In this document: positions 19,985 to 30,765 of the stretch, one piece after another
Layout: every line of letters begins with the position of its first letter
Position numbering within the stretch: the stretch's first letter is position 1
Translations under genes and position numbers: made by a program
The notes under the pieces: generated by a model
Told to the model about the DNA's origin: nothing
Databases searched by the model: none
What the model saw: only the letters and a program-made list of their open reading frames with translations
Assembly (NCBI GenBank): GCA_965203095.1
Contig: OZ241877.1
Span: 1,632,001-1,696,000 of the forward strand
DNA length: 64,000 nucleotides
Source: Bdellovibrionales bacterium
GTDB taxonomy: Bacteria; Bdellovibrionota; Bdellovibrionia; Bdellovibrionales; UBA1609
Reading direction: 5' to 3'

Positions 19985-20589
19985 TGTTCTTTTTTGGATT
20001 TTTGTAAATAGCGAACATAGTGGACTACGGCCCATATTCTGTTAGAACCTCTGTATTCGTCTTCTTTTGTGTTTTGGTTGGAGAGGGCTTGCTCTGTTGT
20101 GTCTAACTGGATGCGGTAAGCTCCCATAAGCCCCTGCCCTTCATAAATAATATGGTAGAGCCGGCCATCGCTATAGGCTTGGGCTTTATCTGTTAAAAGG
20201 GAGGCGGGGGGAATGGCCATTTTTGGAGCTACAGTGGCTCCCTCTCCGGCATCCCCTTTGGAACCATGGCAATAAATGCAATATCTTTCATAATGTTTTT
20301 GGCCCTGGAGCAAAACTTCTTTTGAGCTTTTTAAAGGATTTTTTAGTTTTGTGCCTGCACTTACTGGATCTTTTGTATAGGGATAATAGATGCGATTTCG
20401 GGCACGAGTTCCCTCTGGAGGAACTTTCATTAAAATTTTTCCATCAGGAGATCCTTCCTGAGCTTTTATACTGTTTTGTTGGGCCATGTCTCTGGTCCAT
20501 TGGGAATCGGTCCGGTTTTTCCCCCCAGAGCAAGCTCCTAAATAAAAAACAAAAACAAAAAGCAGTGGGCAGTAAAATATTTTTTCCAT
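19981..20589 (-). CDS. actE: ACIII monoheme cytochrome c lipoprotein ActE
   Basis: LGAC lipobox, one CIYCH, DMAQQNSIKAQE, GQGLMGAY. Confidence 0.85.
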   Translation of the reverse strand: MEKIFYCPLLFVFVFYLGACSGGKNRTDSQWTRDMAQQNSIKAQEGSPDGKILMKVPPEGTRARNRIYYPYTKDPVSAGTKLKNPLKSSKEVLLQGQKHYERYCIYCHGSKGDAGEGATVAPKMAIPPASLLTDKAQAYSDGRLYHIIYEGQGLMGAYRIQLDTTEQALSNQNTKEDEYRGSNRIWAVVHYVRYLQKSKKEQ

Positions 20590-20590
20590 A

Positions 20591-21160
20591 TTAAAACTCT
20601 GTCTCTTTGATTTCTGGAGCACCAACTCCTTTAAATATTTCCTGAGCTTTGCTCTTAGGGCAATCCACTTCGGCTACAAACAAAGCAAATTTATGGCAAG
20701 TCAAATCTTTATCTATCACGGGTGGCTCAATATGAGGTAGGCCACAAAGCCAAAACAATGCAAAAATGGAACTAAAGGCAGAAAACAAAATCGTCAATTC
20801 AAAAATAATGGGGACAAAGGCAGGAAGAGACCAAAAAGGTTTTCCCCCAACAATAATGGGCCAATTTACAGCAGAGGTCCACCAAGTAAACCACAGTCCA
20901 AAAAGAAGGCCCACTGTTCCGAAGGCCAAAGTCACCCAAGGAATATGGGACCTGGGGGTTTTTGTAGCTTCCTCCAAACCATGAACAGGGTAAGGGCTGA
21001 TGCTTAAGGGACGGATTTCTCCCTTCTCATAAATGGCCTGCACTGCTTTTAAAAAATCTTGCTCATCCGTCCATAAACCAGCAACCCCAGGCTTTGCTTT
21101 ATAGCGAGAAAGCTTTTTCATTTCAAAAGAAGATATTTTATTCCATAATTTTTTTATCAA
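20591..21160 (-). CDS. actD: ACIII subunit ActD (DUF3341)
   Basis: SPYPVHGL, NWPIIVGGKP, PAFVPIIFELTILF; TTG start at 21160 follows GGAGG. Confidence 0.85.
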   Translation of the reverse strand: MIKKLWNKISSFEMKKLSRYKAKPGVAGLWTDEQDFLKAVQAIYEKGEIRPLSISPYPVHGLEEATKTPRSHIPWVTLAFGTVGLLFGLWFTWWTSAVNWPIIVGGKPFWSLPAFVPIIFELTILFSAFSSIFALFWLCGLPHIEPPVIDKDLTCHKFALFVAEVDCPKSKAQEIFKGVGAPEIKETEF

Positions 21161-21233
21161 CTTGGCCTCCCTCTTTCCTAACTGAAAATCATTATGACGA
21201 AAAAACAAACCCGAAAAAAAGTTTTGAATAAAA

Positions 21234-22586
21234 TCAATGAGCCTCCTTTCGCCCTACATTAAGGACAGGTTTTACTTCAGAAATAGATATGGCTGGGAAA
21301 AAACGAATGTAAAGCAAAAACAAAGTCAAAAACATACCAAAACTACCTACTAAAGCCCCAAAGTCATAAAAAGTCATTTTAAATAGACCCCAGTTGGCCG
21401 GTAAAAAATCCCTGTGTAAGGAGGTGACAATAATCACATACCTTTCAAACCACATGCCTATATTTACTAAAATAGAAATTACAAACATAGCCTTAATGTT
21501 TCTCCTAAACCAACGAAACCAAAACAGCTGAGGAATAATCACATTGCAAGAGATCATAATCCAATAAGACCACCAGTAAGGGCCGAAGGCTCGGTTTAAA
21601 AAAGCATATTGCTCCATAGAGGAACCAGAATACCAGGCCATAAAAAATTCACAAGCATAAGCATAACCTACCATCATGCCCGTAAGCATGATGATTTTGT
21701 TCATGTTTTCCATGTGGTGAATGGTAATATAATCCCTAAATTCAGGAACAAAGGCCCGGACCAAACACATAAGAGTCACTACCATTGCAAAGCCGGAAAA
21801 AATAGCTCCTGCTACAAAATAAGGGGGAAAGATAGTGGCATGCCAACCCGGCAAACCCGCCACAGCAAAGTCAAAAGACACAATGCTATGGACAGACAAA
21901 ACCAAAGGGGTAGAAAGTGCCGCCAGCAAAAGGTAAGTCATTTCATAATGACTCCAGTTCCGGCCCGTTCCCCTCCAGCCTAAGGACAAAGTCCCGTAAA
22001 AAAATCTCCTCACTCGGCTTTTGGCTCGATCCCTAAGGCTTGCCAGATCCGGAACCATACCAATATACCAAAACATCATGGAGACCAAAGCATAAGTGGA
22101 TATAGCAAAAACATCCCAAGTCAAAGGGGAGCGAAAGTTGATCCAAAGAGGACCCCTTTGGTTAGGGTAGGGGAAGAACCAAAAAAAGAGCCATGGCCGG
22201 CCCAAGTGAATTACAGGGAATAGGCCAGCAGTTAAGACAGCAAAAACAGTCATAGCCTCTGCCGTTCGGGCAATAGAGGTCCTCCACTTTTGACGAAACA
22301 AAAACAAAATGGCGGAAATTAAAGTTCCCGCATGGCCAATGCCAATCCAAAAAACAAAGGTGATAATATCGGTCCCCCAGGCCACAGGGTGATTGACCCC
22401 CATAAGCCCCATACCCGTCATCACAATAGCTGTTAAAATGGCAATGTAAAAAAGGAACAGACTTTTTGCTGAGAGCAGAGCACCAAAATATTTCTTCCCT
22501 GGTTTTTTTTCCACCAGGCCGGCCACATCTTCCGTCACCTGCTTTAAACTTTTTTTGTTAGAAACTAAAGGTTCTCTTTTCATCAT
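21234..22586 (-). CDS. actC: ACIII NrfD/PsrC-type subunit ActC
   Basis: [48 protein letters not shown]. Confidence 0.93.
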   Translation of the reverse strand: MMKREPLVSNKKSLKQVTEDVAGLVEKKPGKKYFGALLSAKSLFLFYIAILTAIVMTGMGLMGVNHPVAWGTDIITFVFWIGIGHAGTLISAILFLFRQKWRTSIARTAEAMTVFAVLTAGLFPVIHLGRPWLFFWFFPYPNQRGPLWINFRSPLTWDVFAISTYALVSMMFWYIGMVPDLASLRDRAKSRVRRFFYGTLSLGWRGTGRNWSHYEMTYLLLAALSTPLVLSVHSIVSFDFAVAGLPGWHATIFPPYFVAGAIFSGFAMVVTLMCLVRAFVPEFRDYITIHHMENMNKIIMLTGMMVGYAYACEFFMAWYSGSSMEQYAFLNRAFGPYWWSYWIMISCNVIIPQLFWFRWFRRNIKAMFVISILVNIGMWFERYVIIVTSLHRDFLPANWGLFKMTFYDFGALVGSFGMFLTLFLLYIRFFPAISISEVKPVLNVGRKEAH

Positions 22587-22623
22587 TTTTTTAATCTCTC
22601 TCTTAATGCAGTAAAAATTTTTT

Positions 22624-25617
22624 TTAATGATGTCCTTTTTTTAAAATGCTTTTGCTGTTTCTGATCTTAGTTTTGTATTTGACCGCCGGTTTGGTATTCA
22701 AAGTGGCGTCTAAAAGAGCATAACTGTTTTTAGCATGAAAAGCTTTGCTCACTTTAGACTTTGGATCATTTAGATCCCCAAAAACAATAGCTGAGGCCGG
22801 ACAAGACTGTTGGCAGGCGGTTTGAATGTCACCGTCTTTTAACTTCCTGTTCTCTTTTTTAGCTTGAGCCTTGCCCTCCTGAATCCTTTGGATACAAAAA
22901 CTGCACTTTTCCATAACCCCTCTATGACGAACAGTCACATCGGGGTTTAAAGCCAAATTTAAAGGTTCTTCTTTTTTTGTGTAATCAAACCAGTTGAAGC
23001 GTCGCACTTTATAAGGGCAGTTGTTTGAGCAATAGCGAGTGCCCACACAGCGGTTATAAACCATATCATTTGTGCCCTCATCACTGTGAACCGTGGCCAA
23101 CACAGGGCAAACCGTTTCACAAGGGGCATTATCACAATGCATACAAACTACTGGCTGATGGACTGTGGAAGGGGCAGAAGGAGATCCTTTGTAATAGCGA
23201 TCCACCCTTATCCAATGCATTTCCCGCCCTTGGAGGACATACTTTTTCCCCACCGTGGGAATATTGTTTTCCGATTGGCAGGCTATCATACAGGTCCCAC
23301 AACCATTGCAACTGTTGAGGTCTATCACCATTCCCCATTTATGCCCTTTGTATTTGTGTTTGGACCAAAGGCTCATAGCTTTGTGATGGTGAGGGATGCC
23401 AGAAGAAGGGTCTTTTTTAAATTCACTGAGACGGCTTTCTAAAACAATATCTCTTCCCTCCATAGAGTGATGCCCCTGGACATTGGCCAAAGGGATAACT
23501 TTGTTTGTTTTTTTGATTTGCACCGGTTGACCAGAAAAAACAAATAACTTTTCTACCTGAGCCAAAGGGTAGGCATTAACACCTCGATCATCGCCAATCG
23601 ATCCGGCTTTTGTCCGGCCATAACCTATGGCCAAGGAAAGAGAGCTATCTTCTTGCCCCGGCTGAATATGCACAGGGGCGGTGAGAGAAGCCTTACTTGT
23701 TAAAAGCTCCACAACAAGCCCCTCTTTTAAGTTTTCCTTAAGAGCTGTGGCTGGAGAGACACAGAGGTAATTGTCCCAACAAATTTTTGTGACGGGGTCG
23801 GGAAATTCCATAAGCCAAGCCACATTAGCAAGTTCACCTTGCTTTAATGCAGAGCTTTCATAAAGGCTGAGAAAATATTTTCCCTCCGCCGGGGCATAAG
23901 GCTTTATATATTTTAAAGTTTTTGTTGGGAAGGGGCGGGTAGGGGAGTGAGCGATTTTCTGAGATCCAACAATCCCTGTTTTTAAAAACTTTTGCCAAAA
24001 GCCGGGAGATCTTCTTTTTTGCCAATAATTTTTAATGTATTCATAAAAGTTTTTTTCCGGAATAGCTAAGCCAGAGGCTTTAAGCCATGTGATTAAGCTA
24101 TCTTCAAAAGATCTAATATTGTAAAGGGGGCGAATAGCAGGTTGTTGAATTGTAAAGATCCCTTTTTTAAATTCCCAATCAGACCATTTTTCTAAAGGAT
24201 GAGAATCGGGCACAAGATAATCGGCATAAAAACCGGTTTCATCTATGCGATCTCCAGTGTAAATCACAGTTTGAGCTTTCTTTATGGCTGAAAGAAACTG
24301 AGGACTATTGGCGTAAGAGTAAACAGGGTTTACTCCATGGATAATCAATGTGTCCACCCGCCCTTGGTTTAAATTAGAAATTAACCTATTCATTTCAGAA
24401 TAAGATCCCCATTTATAAGGGTAGGATTGCTTGTAATTTACGGTTTTCCCGTCATTACCTAAGGCTGAATTTAAAAAATTGGTTAGAATATGAGCTGAAA
24501 GGGAATCCTTAGTTTGAGTTTTTAAGCCTCCAAAAAGAATAAGCCCCTGGCCCTTGTTTTTTATCAGCTGAGAGGCCCACTCCTCCCACTTAGAGGGAGG
24601 AATTTTAAGCCTTGCCATAGCTGGCTCATAGTTTTTAAATAAAATTTTTAATTCTTCTAAGGCGGGAAAGGCCCCTTTTTTTATTAAAGCCTTGGTTAAG
24701 GCCAAAAGGGCAGGGGTATGCTCAGTCACTTTGAGGCGATGCCTTTCATCCGCATTGGAGCCAGTGAGGGACATTAATGATTCTAAAACCACCAGCCGGC
24801 TCATATCTCCTTCCGGCAAGCGACTTTTGGCAAACTGTTTTTGAAACTCTGTAGGAGAGAGATAAGTTCCGAGAAAATCGCAGTCAATAGAGAGGATGAA
24901 TCGAGCTTGAGATATATTGTAAGAGGGGATGAGGCTTTTCCCGTAAGAGAGTTTTTGTGCCTGGCCTAAGTCTTCTAAACTGATAGGGGACCAAACATAA
25001 TGTTCTGCTTTAAAAACCGATCGAAATTTTTTTATCAATCTTTGAGTGGAAGGGGAGGGGATGCGATCTGTTAGCAAGGCCGTTCGGCCCTTTTTAAAAG
25101 TTTGTGATAGATTTTTGTCCAACTCCTCAAAAGAGATATTAATAGTCTCTTTATTGGTTTTTTTGTCGTTAAAAAGATTTTGCTTAGGGCCTTTAACTCT
25201 CTCCGGATCATAAAGGCTTAAAATATAGGCACTGGCCCTTGGGGAGAGGCCGGAACTGTTGAGAGCTTTGGCCTCTTCATTGCCTTCAATTTTGATGGGC
25301 CGGCCTTCTCTGGTTTTAATTAAGGTAGAAAAACCCTCCCCCCCGTCATAATAGGAAGAGGCGTAGTAATTGGCTGAACCAGGGATAATGTCCACTGGGC
25401 GGTTAATGTAAGGGACTAATTTTTCCGCTGGTCTCCTCATACAGCTCGCACTGCTTAGGGCCAGCCCCGCCCCCATAAGTTGTAAAAACTCCCGGCGATT
25501 AGTCCCCACCTCCTCTTTAGAGGGCAGTGGGGAGAGAAATTCTTTTTGAGCCTTCTCCTTAAAAGAGGCTTGGTTTTGATAATCTTGTAGACTCAACCAA
25601 TATTTTTCTTTACTCAT
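22624..25617 (-). CDS. actB: ACIII subunit ActB (molybdopterin-oxidoreductase-like domain fused to Fe-S domain)
   Basis: Tat-like [17 protein letters not shown]; Cys motifs [39 protein letters not shown]. Confidence 0.93.
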   Translation of the reverse strand: MSKEKYWLSLQDYQNQASFKEKAQKEFLSPLPSKEEVGTNRREFLQLMGAGLALSSASCMRRPAEKLVPYINRPVDIIPGSANYYASSYYDGGEGFSTLIKTREGRPIKIEGNEEAKALNSSGLSPRASAYILSLYDPERVKGPKQNLFNDKKTNKETINISFEELDKNLSQTFKKGRTALLTDRIPSPSTQRLIKKFRSVFKAEHYVWSPISLEDLGQAQKLSYGKSLIPSYNISQARFILSIDCDFLGTYLSPTEFQKQFAKSRLPEGDMSRLVVLESLMSLTGSNADERHRLKVTEHTPALLALTKALIKKGAFPALEELKILFKNYEPAMARLKIPPSKWEEWASQLIKNKGQGLILFGGLKTQTKDSLSAHILTNFLNSALGNDGKTVNYKQSYPYKWGSYSEMNRLISNLNQGRVDTLIIHGVNPVYSYANSPQFLSAIKKAQTVIYTGDRIDETGFYADYLVPDSHPLEKWSDWEFKKGIFTIQQPAIRPLYNIRSFEDSLITWLKASGLAIPEKNFYEYIKNYWQKRRSPGFWQKFLKTGIVGSQKIAHSPTRPFPTKTLKYIKPYAPAEGKYFLSLYESSALKQGELANVAWLMEFPDPVTKICWDNYLCVSPATALKENLKEGLVVELLTSKASLTAPVHIQPGQEDSSLSLAIGYGRTKAGSIGDDRGVNAYPLAQVEKLFVFSGQPVQIKKTNKVIPLANVQGHHSMEGRDIVLESRLSEFKKDPSSGIPHHHKAMSLWSKHKYKGHKWGMVIDLNSCNGCGTCMIACQSENNIPTVGKKYVLQGREMHWIRVDRYYKGSPSAPSTVHQPVVCMHCDNAPCETVCPVLATVHSDEGTNDMVYNRCVGTRYCSNNCPYKVRRFNWFDYTKKEEPLNLALNPDVTVRHRGVMEKCSFCIQRIQEGKAQAKKENRKLKDGDIQTACQQSCPASAIVFGDLNDPKSKVSKAFHAKNSYALLDATLNTKPAVKYKTKIRNSKSILKKGHH

Positions 25618-25698
25618 TGTTCCTCCTCCAGTTTTTTAACTGGCTTTTTTTTAAAAAAACTTTAGCCATGTTTTCTATCCTTATTAAAATTAAAAAAC

Positions 25699-26292
25699 TC
25701 AATAATGGCAAGTGGAGCAGTTTATAGGGGCTTGCTCATGCCCCTGCTCTTTTAATTCTTTCAAAATTTTTCCCTCTTTTGGTGATTGGCGATGGCAGTT
25801 AACACACCAACCCATAGAAAGACTGCCATGTTGGAACAGGACTTCCATCTCTTCCACAGGGCCATGGCAGACCCGGCAATCCTTTCCGGCTTGGATATGG
25901 TGGAAATGGGAGAATTTAACAAAATCAGGTAAGAGGTGGACTTTTTCCCAAGCAATGGGCTGGCCCTCATTATAAGCTGAAGTGATTTTTTTTATCCATG
26001 GGCTGTTTGTTTTTACAGTCCGATGGCAATTCATGCAGATATTTAAGCTGGGAAGGGTGGAGGGACGGCCCGATTCCACCCCTGTATGGCAGTAGAGGCA
26101 GTCGATTTGATATTCCCCCGCATGCAGTTTGTGGGAAAAGGGGATAGCTTGTTCTGGCTGATAGCCTTTATTATAAAGCAGGCTGATTTTGTTGTTGGTG
26201 AGCAAATAAAAAAACAAGGATAGCACAAGGAAAAAAAGACTGAGCAGAATCGCCCCCATAAGTTTTTTCTTCAAAATTTTTTTTAACTTCAA
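25699..26292 (-). CDS. actA: ACIII pentaheme cytochrome c ActA
   Basis: N-terminal TM helix and five CxxCH motifs (CLYCH, CMNCH, CRVCH, CVNCH, CSTCH). Confidence 0.92.
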   Translation of the reverse strand: MKLKKILKKKLMGAILLSLFFLVLSLFFYLLTNNKISLLYNKGYQPEQAIPFSHKLHAGEYQIDCLYCHTGVESGRPSTLPSLNICMNCHRTVKTNSPWIKKITSAYNEGQPIAWEKVHLLPDFVKFSHFHHIQAGKDCRVCHGPVEEMEVLFQHGSLSMGWCVNCHRQSPKEGKILKELKEQGHEQAPINCSTCHY

Positions 26293-26401
26293 GATGTATC
26301 CCTTTTTGGCTTAAGAAAGCCTTATTTTTCTTAACTGTCCTGTTGGAGTCAAGATATTTTTTGTAGTGGCATTTGAGTAAATTCTCTGATAATTTATTAA
26401 A

Positions 26402-26538
26402 GAGTCGTCCGTGAAAAAGGCTATATTTGATAGATCGCATAAGCAAAAGTCCAGCTTGTTCGCGGGAAAAATACCTTGGACCCTCACTGCTGACTTTTGC
26501 TTGTGCGATAAAAGACAGAGGTTTTTCACGGGGGACTA
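26402..26538. mobile_element. MITE/REPIN-like element, copy B (subtype 2)
   Basis: AGTCGTCCGTGAAAAA / TTTTTCACGGGGGACTA ends; stem ATCGCATAAGCAAAAG / CTTTTGCTTGTGCGAT; loop contains AATACCTTGGACCCTC. Confidence 0.8.
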
Positions 26539-26563
26539 AAAAGCTTGTGATGGGAGGCGAGGT

Positions 26564-29173
26564 ATGGGCAAATACAATCATTCGGAAGTAGAGCTTAAGC
26601 TTCAAAAATATTGGGAGCAAGAGAGGGTTTACGCCTATACTGCCTCTTCTAAAAAGGAAACTTTTGTAATAGATAGCCCCCCTCCCACTGTCTCTGGGGC
26701 CTTGCATATTGGCCATGTTTTTAGCTATACACAAACGGACATTTTGGCCCGATTCCATCGGCAAAGGGGTAAAAATGTTTTTTATCCGATGGGTTGGGAC
26801 GACAATGGCCTCCCCACAGAGAAGAGAACACAAGATCTTTACGGAGTGTATTGCGATCCGGCTCTTCCGGTTGACAAAGCCTCCTTCCCGTTAAAAAAAC
26901 TCAGTAAAAAAACCTCTTCCCCCCGGCCTTTGTCCCGGAAAAACTTTTTGGAGCTTTGCCAACAACAGGTTTTAGAGGATGAAATCAAATACAAAAAGCT
27001 TTGGAACCACCTGGCCCTTTCCGTAGATTGGAAGGAGAGCTATCAAACCATAAACCCTTATTCTCAAAGTTTGGCCCAGCTCTCTTTTTTAGATCTGTTG
27101 GAAAAGTCATTAGCCGAAAGCCGTTTATCCCCTGTGCTTTGGGATTGCCAGTTTCAAACCGCTGTGGCCCAGGCGGACATAGAGGATAGGCCCAAAAAAG
27201 GTTTTTATTATGACATTGCTTTTTCTGTTGGGGGAGAGGGGGGGGAGTTTGTTATTTCCACAACCCGCCCGGAACTTTTGCCCGCCTGTGTGGCTGTGGT
27301 GGCTCATCCTGAGGACCACCGTTATAAAAAACTTTTTGGAAGGCTGGCGGTCACACCTTTATTTTCAAGGGAAGTGCCTATTTTGCCTTCCCCTCATGCC
27401 GATCCCAAAAAAGGCACTGGTATTTTAATGATCTGCACTTTTGGAGATATGGAGGATGTAAGTTTTTCCCGGAAACAAAAACTCCCTATTTTGCAAATTA
27501 TCGATGACAAAGGTTTTTTCATAAATATTCCTTGGGGCCAAAAGCCTTTTTTCAGCCTCAAAAAAGAGGAGGCTAAGATTAATTATTCTCTTTTAAAAAA
27601 TCTCCGGATTTTGCCGGGCCGGAAAAAAATTGTGGAGCTTTTAAAAGGAAAAGGCTATTTGAGAACTGAACCAAGGGAATGCCAGCAAAATGTAAAGTTT
27701 TACGAAAAAGGGGACTTTCCCCTGGAAATACTGCCCAAAAGGCAATGGTATATCAAAATTTTGGATCATAAAGAGGCTCTTTTAAAACAAGGGGCAAAAA
27801 TCAGTTGGCATCCTCCCTCTATGAGAAAAAGATATGAGCAATGGGTTGAAGGTTTAAATCAGGATTGGTGCATCTCCCGGCAGAGGGCTTATGGCGTTCC
27901 TTTTCCGGTTTGGTATAAGGCAGATGAGGAGGGGGGGCCGGACTATAGCCAAGTTCTCACTCCAAAAATAGAGAGCTTTAAAACCCCTCTTCCACCAATA
28001 ATAAAAAAAACTTTGCCAGTGGATCCTTTACAAAAAACTCCTCCGGGTTTTAAGGAGAGTGAAAGGGATGGCCCTGGTGGTTTTATTGCGGATAAGGATG
28101 TGATGGACACTTGGGCCACCTCCTCCCTCACCCCTTACATAAATAGTGGCTGGCTTTGGGATAAAAAGAGGCAGGAAAAGCTTTTCCCGGCCGATCTCCG
28201 CCCTCAAGCTCATGAGATCATAAGGACATGGGCATTTTACACTATTGCTAAAGCTTATTTTCATGAAAAACAGATCCCTTGGAAAAACATTGCCATTAGT
28301 GGTTGGGTAGTGACTCCTCAACGGGCCAAGATGAGCAAATCTAAGGGCAATGCTTTAGAACCTGAGAATTTGATAAAAGTTTATTCTGCCGACGCCCTTC
28401 GTTATTGGGCGGGGAAGGCCCGTTTGGGCCAAGACACCGCTTACGATGAAGAGCTTTTTAAGGTAGGAAAACGACTCAGCACAAAAATTTTTAATGCCGG
28501 CCAATTTGTTTTTTTGCACACTAAGGATTTCCCTTGGATCGATAGTGAGTCTTGTTGGAGTTCCATTTCATCCCCTATTGACAGGGCTTGGGTCAAAAAA
28601 CTGCTGAACATAAAAAATCAAGCCACTCAAAATTTAGAGTGCTATAACTACGCCAGAGCTTTGGAAATAATTGAAGCGGGCTTTTGGTCTTTTTGCGACA
28701 ATTATTTGGAACTGATCAAATCCCGAGTCTATCAATTAAAAGATCGGGTGGAGGGAATTTCCGGAAAAAAATCCTTAGATTATAGCCTTCATATTTTTTT
28801 AAAGCTTTTTGCACCTTATTTGCCTTATGTGACGGAACAGCTTTGGCAAAACCGATACCAAAGGGAAAGCTCAAGTGTTCACAATTCCCTTTGGGGGGAT
28901 AGTCAGCTGTGTTCGGTTATTCAACAAAAGGAATCTATGTTAGAGAGGGCTTTTGCTATTTTAGAGCAAGCCCGAAGTGGGAAATCCCTACTCAAAAAAA
29001 GTTTGGCCAGCCCACTCAAGAGTTTAAAAGTGACCGCTCAGCCTGATCATTTAAAAGAGTTGGATCTTTATAAAGAGGATATAGCTAAAGCGACTCATGT
29101 TGCAGTTAAAAAAATATGGACGGAGGAAGATTCTTCTCTAACTGATCCTATAGTTCAAATACATATTGATTGA
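26564..29173 (+). CDS. valS: Valyl-tRNA synthetase (type 2, archaeal/rickettsial-like)
   Basis: DSPPPTVSGALHIGHVFSY, MGWDDNGLPTE, DWCISRQR, RPQAHEIIRTW, KMSKSKGN. Confidence 0.95.
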   Translation: MGKYNHSEVELKLQKYWEQERVYAYTASSKKETFVIDSPPPTVSGALHIGHVFSYTQTDILARFHRQRGKNVFYPMGWDDNGLPTEKRTQDLYGVYCDPALPVDKASFPLKKLSKKTSSPRPLSRKNFLELCQQQVLEDEIKYKKLWNHLALSVDWKESYQTINPYSQSLAQLSFLDLLEKSLAESRLSPVLWDCQFQTAVAQADIEDRPKKGFYYDIAFSVGGEGGEFVISTTRPELLPACVAVVAHPEDHRYKKLFGRLAVTPLFSREVPILPSPHADPKKGTGILMICTFGDMEDVSFSRKQKLPILQIIDDKGFFINIPWGQKPFFSLKKEEAKINYSLLKNLRILPGRKKIVELLKGKGYLRTEPRECQQNVKFYEKGDFPLEILPKRQWYIKILDHKEALLKQGAKISWHPPSMRKRYEQWVEGLNQDWCISRQRAYGVPFPVWYKADEEGGPDYSQVLTPKIESFKTPLPPIIKKTLPVDPLQKTPPGFKESERDGPGGFIADKDVMDTWATSSLTPYINSGWLWDKKRQEKLFPADLRPQAHEIIRTWAFYTIAKAYFHEKQIPWKNIAISGWVVTPQRAKMSKSKGNALEPENLIKVYSADALRYWAGKARLGQDTAYDEELFKVGKRLSTKIFNAGQFVFLHTKDFPWIDSESCWSSISSPIDRAWVKKLLNIKNQATQNLECYNYARALEIIEAGFWSFCDNYLELIKSRVYQLKDRVEGISGKKSLDYSLHIFLKLFAPYLPYVTEQLWQNRYQRESSSVHNSLWGDSQLCSVIQQKESMLERAFAILEQARSGKSLLKKSLASPLKSLKVTAQPDHLKELDLYKEDIAKATHVAVKKIWTEEDSSLTDPIVQIHID

Positions 29174-29195
29174 ATTTTGAGTTTGTTTAAAAGCC

Positions 29196-30191
29196 CTATA
29201 GACTTTCTTTGCTCTTCTCTTGAGGTTTTTTCCCGGCCATAAGAAGTTTTTGAACAATATTCTCACATCGGTTAATGGCCTTTTGTAAGTCTTTGATATG
29301 GCTTTTTTCTAAAGAAAGCTGATTGGGGATCTGTCTTTCAATCGCGAATAAAAGGGCTTTGATTCCGGCAATGGGGTTGTTCAGCTCATGGGCGAGGCTC
29401 CCTTTAATCAGGCCCAGCTCTCTCTCATTGGCTTGGGCGGAGAGGCGAGCTTCCATAGCCATTTCCTCTGTCACATTTTTAATTAAAAACAAAAGTGCGG
29501 GAAAGCTCTCTTGTTTTAAAAAAATAGGCTTAAATGAGATTTCCCATAAAGAGGGATCATTATCAGATACTCCCTTAGTCAGCCATGATCCTTCTTCTTC
29601 CGGTGAGGGCATTTTTGCAGGGAAGGGAAAAAGCTCAAAAAGCTTTTGAACAGGTAGATACTGTTTTGATTTTTTGCTGATCTTTTTAAAAGACTGATTG
29701 GCCCGAAGAATTTTAAAATTTTTATCTGTAATGCAAAAAGCTTGAGGAAAAGAGTCAAAAGCTTGGCTCCATTCTTGTTTAAGGTGTTCTTTTTTTACTT
29801 TGCTCTCAATAAAATCAAGAGATCCTGCAATAAAACCAGCAATTTTTTTTAAAAATTTTTTTTGACTTTGTGAAAATTTTTTAGACGAATAAAACAACAA
29901 TGAGCCATAATGTGAGGTCGCATTTAAAGGGCAATCTATTTGAAACGGCCAGCTTTTTTCATTTTGAGGAAATTGAAAAAGATCTTTTCTCAACCAAGAT
30001 GTATTAAAATTCCAACTCAGGTCATCAACTTCCAGCAGGTCTAAAAAACTTTTGCTTTTGAGCAGTAAAAGATCCTCTACTTTAGAAAAGCTATGTATTT
30101 TGAGCAGAGCTGTGTAAAGCCTTCTCTTTTTGGCAGAACGAGTTTTGTTTGATATGCCTTTTTTTTGTGCAAAATGAGAGGCTTTATTCAC
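29196..30191 (-). CDS. PAS plus HisKA sensor protein lacking the HATPase domain
   Basis: PAS-like FDSFPQAFCITDKNFKILRANQ; H-box LAHELNNPI; ORF ends ~60 aa after the His with no N/G1/F/G2 boxes. Confidence 0.75.
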   Translation of the reverse strand: MNKASHFAQKKGISNKTRSAKKRRLYTALLKIHSFSKVEDLLLLKSKSFLDLLEVDDLSWNFNTSWLRKDLFQFPQNEKSWPFQIDCPLNATSHYGSLLFYSSKKFSQSQKKFLKKIAGFIAGSLDFIESKVKKEHLKQEWSQAFDSFPQAFCITDKNFKILRANQSFKKISKKSKQYLPVQKLFELFPFPAKMPSPEEEGSWLTKGVSDNDPSLWEISFKPIFLKQESFPALLFLIKNVTEEMAMEARLSAQANERELGLIKGSLAHELNNPIAGIKALLFAIERQIPNQLSLEKSHIKDLQKAINRCENIVQKLLMAGKKPQEKSKESL

Positions 30192-30304
30192 ATTAATAGA
30201 ATAGCCTTTTTTTAAGAAAATCCAAAACCCGCCCGCTCTTATTCTTGACCAAAGGGCAGGGCTTAAGGCAAAAATCCAGCTTTTTCGTGAAAAAAATACC
30301 TTAT

Positions 30305-30354
30305 TATACTGGTTTGATTAAGTTTTGCCCTTTCCCTCTAATCTCTATCTATAT
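30305..30354 (+). repeat. Solo IS630-like end joined to a dispersed repeat shared with 46817-46875
   Basis: TATACTGGTTTGATT is the exact reverse complement of 16416-16430. CTCTAATCTCTATCTATAT occurs at 30336-30354 and 46857-46875. Confidence 0.65.
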
Positions 30355-30442
30355 TCAGCAAATGGAGCCTTAATTCATGTGGGTTTTAGAGCACTTGAAA
30401 AAAAGCTTTGACATTTCCAGACAATGAGCCGATAATGAGTTT

Positions 30443-30709
30443 ATGGCAAGTTTTCTATCTTTTTTAAGCTCATTGGGATTCAGTTTTGAAAGCCTTTTTT
30501 TATTCATTATATTGATTCTATTTTACATAAAACTTGATCATAAGATTGATCTTGTTTTTAAGCTTTTGAGTAAAGACATAGGTCACATAAAAGAGATTTT
30601 AAGCAATCACATGACAGACACAAATAAAAAAATTGATCAGCTGGACAATAAGTTTGATAAGAGGATTGATAAACTTGAGTCTAAAATTGAGCAGAACTTT
30701 AGGAAATAA
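30443..30709 (+). CDS. Small TM plus coiled-coil protein (paralog of 38760-39014)
   Basis: Single TM then LSNHMTDTNKKIDQLDNKFD; TTGACA-N17-GATAAT ends 6 nt before the ATG. Confidence 0.75.
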   Translation: MASFLSFLSSLGFSFESLFLFIILILFYIKLDHKIDLVFKLLSKDIGHIKEILSNHMTDTNKKIDQLDNKFDKRIDKLESKIEQNFRK

Positions 30710-30765
30710 ACCCCCTTTTTAAATCCTCTATTTTTCCCTTGTTATAAGCTTTTTTAATAAAAAAT

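Noticed and set aside
26171..26833. 220-aa minus-strand ORF
   Set aside because: Antisense to valS, crosses a repeat element and overlaps actA; no motif or RBS.
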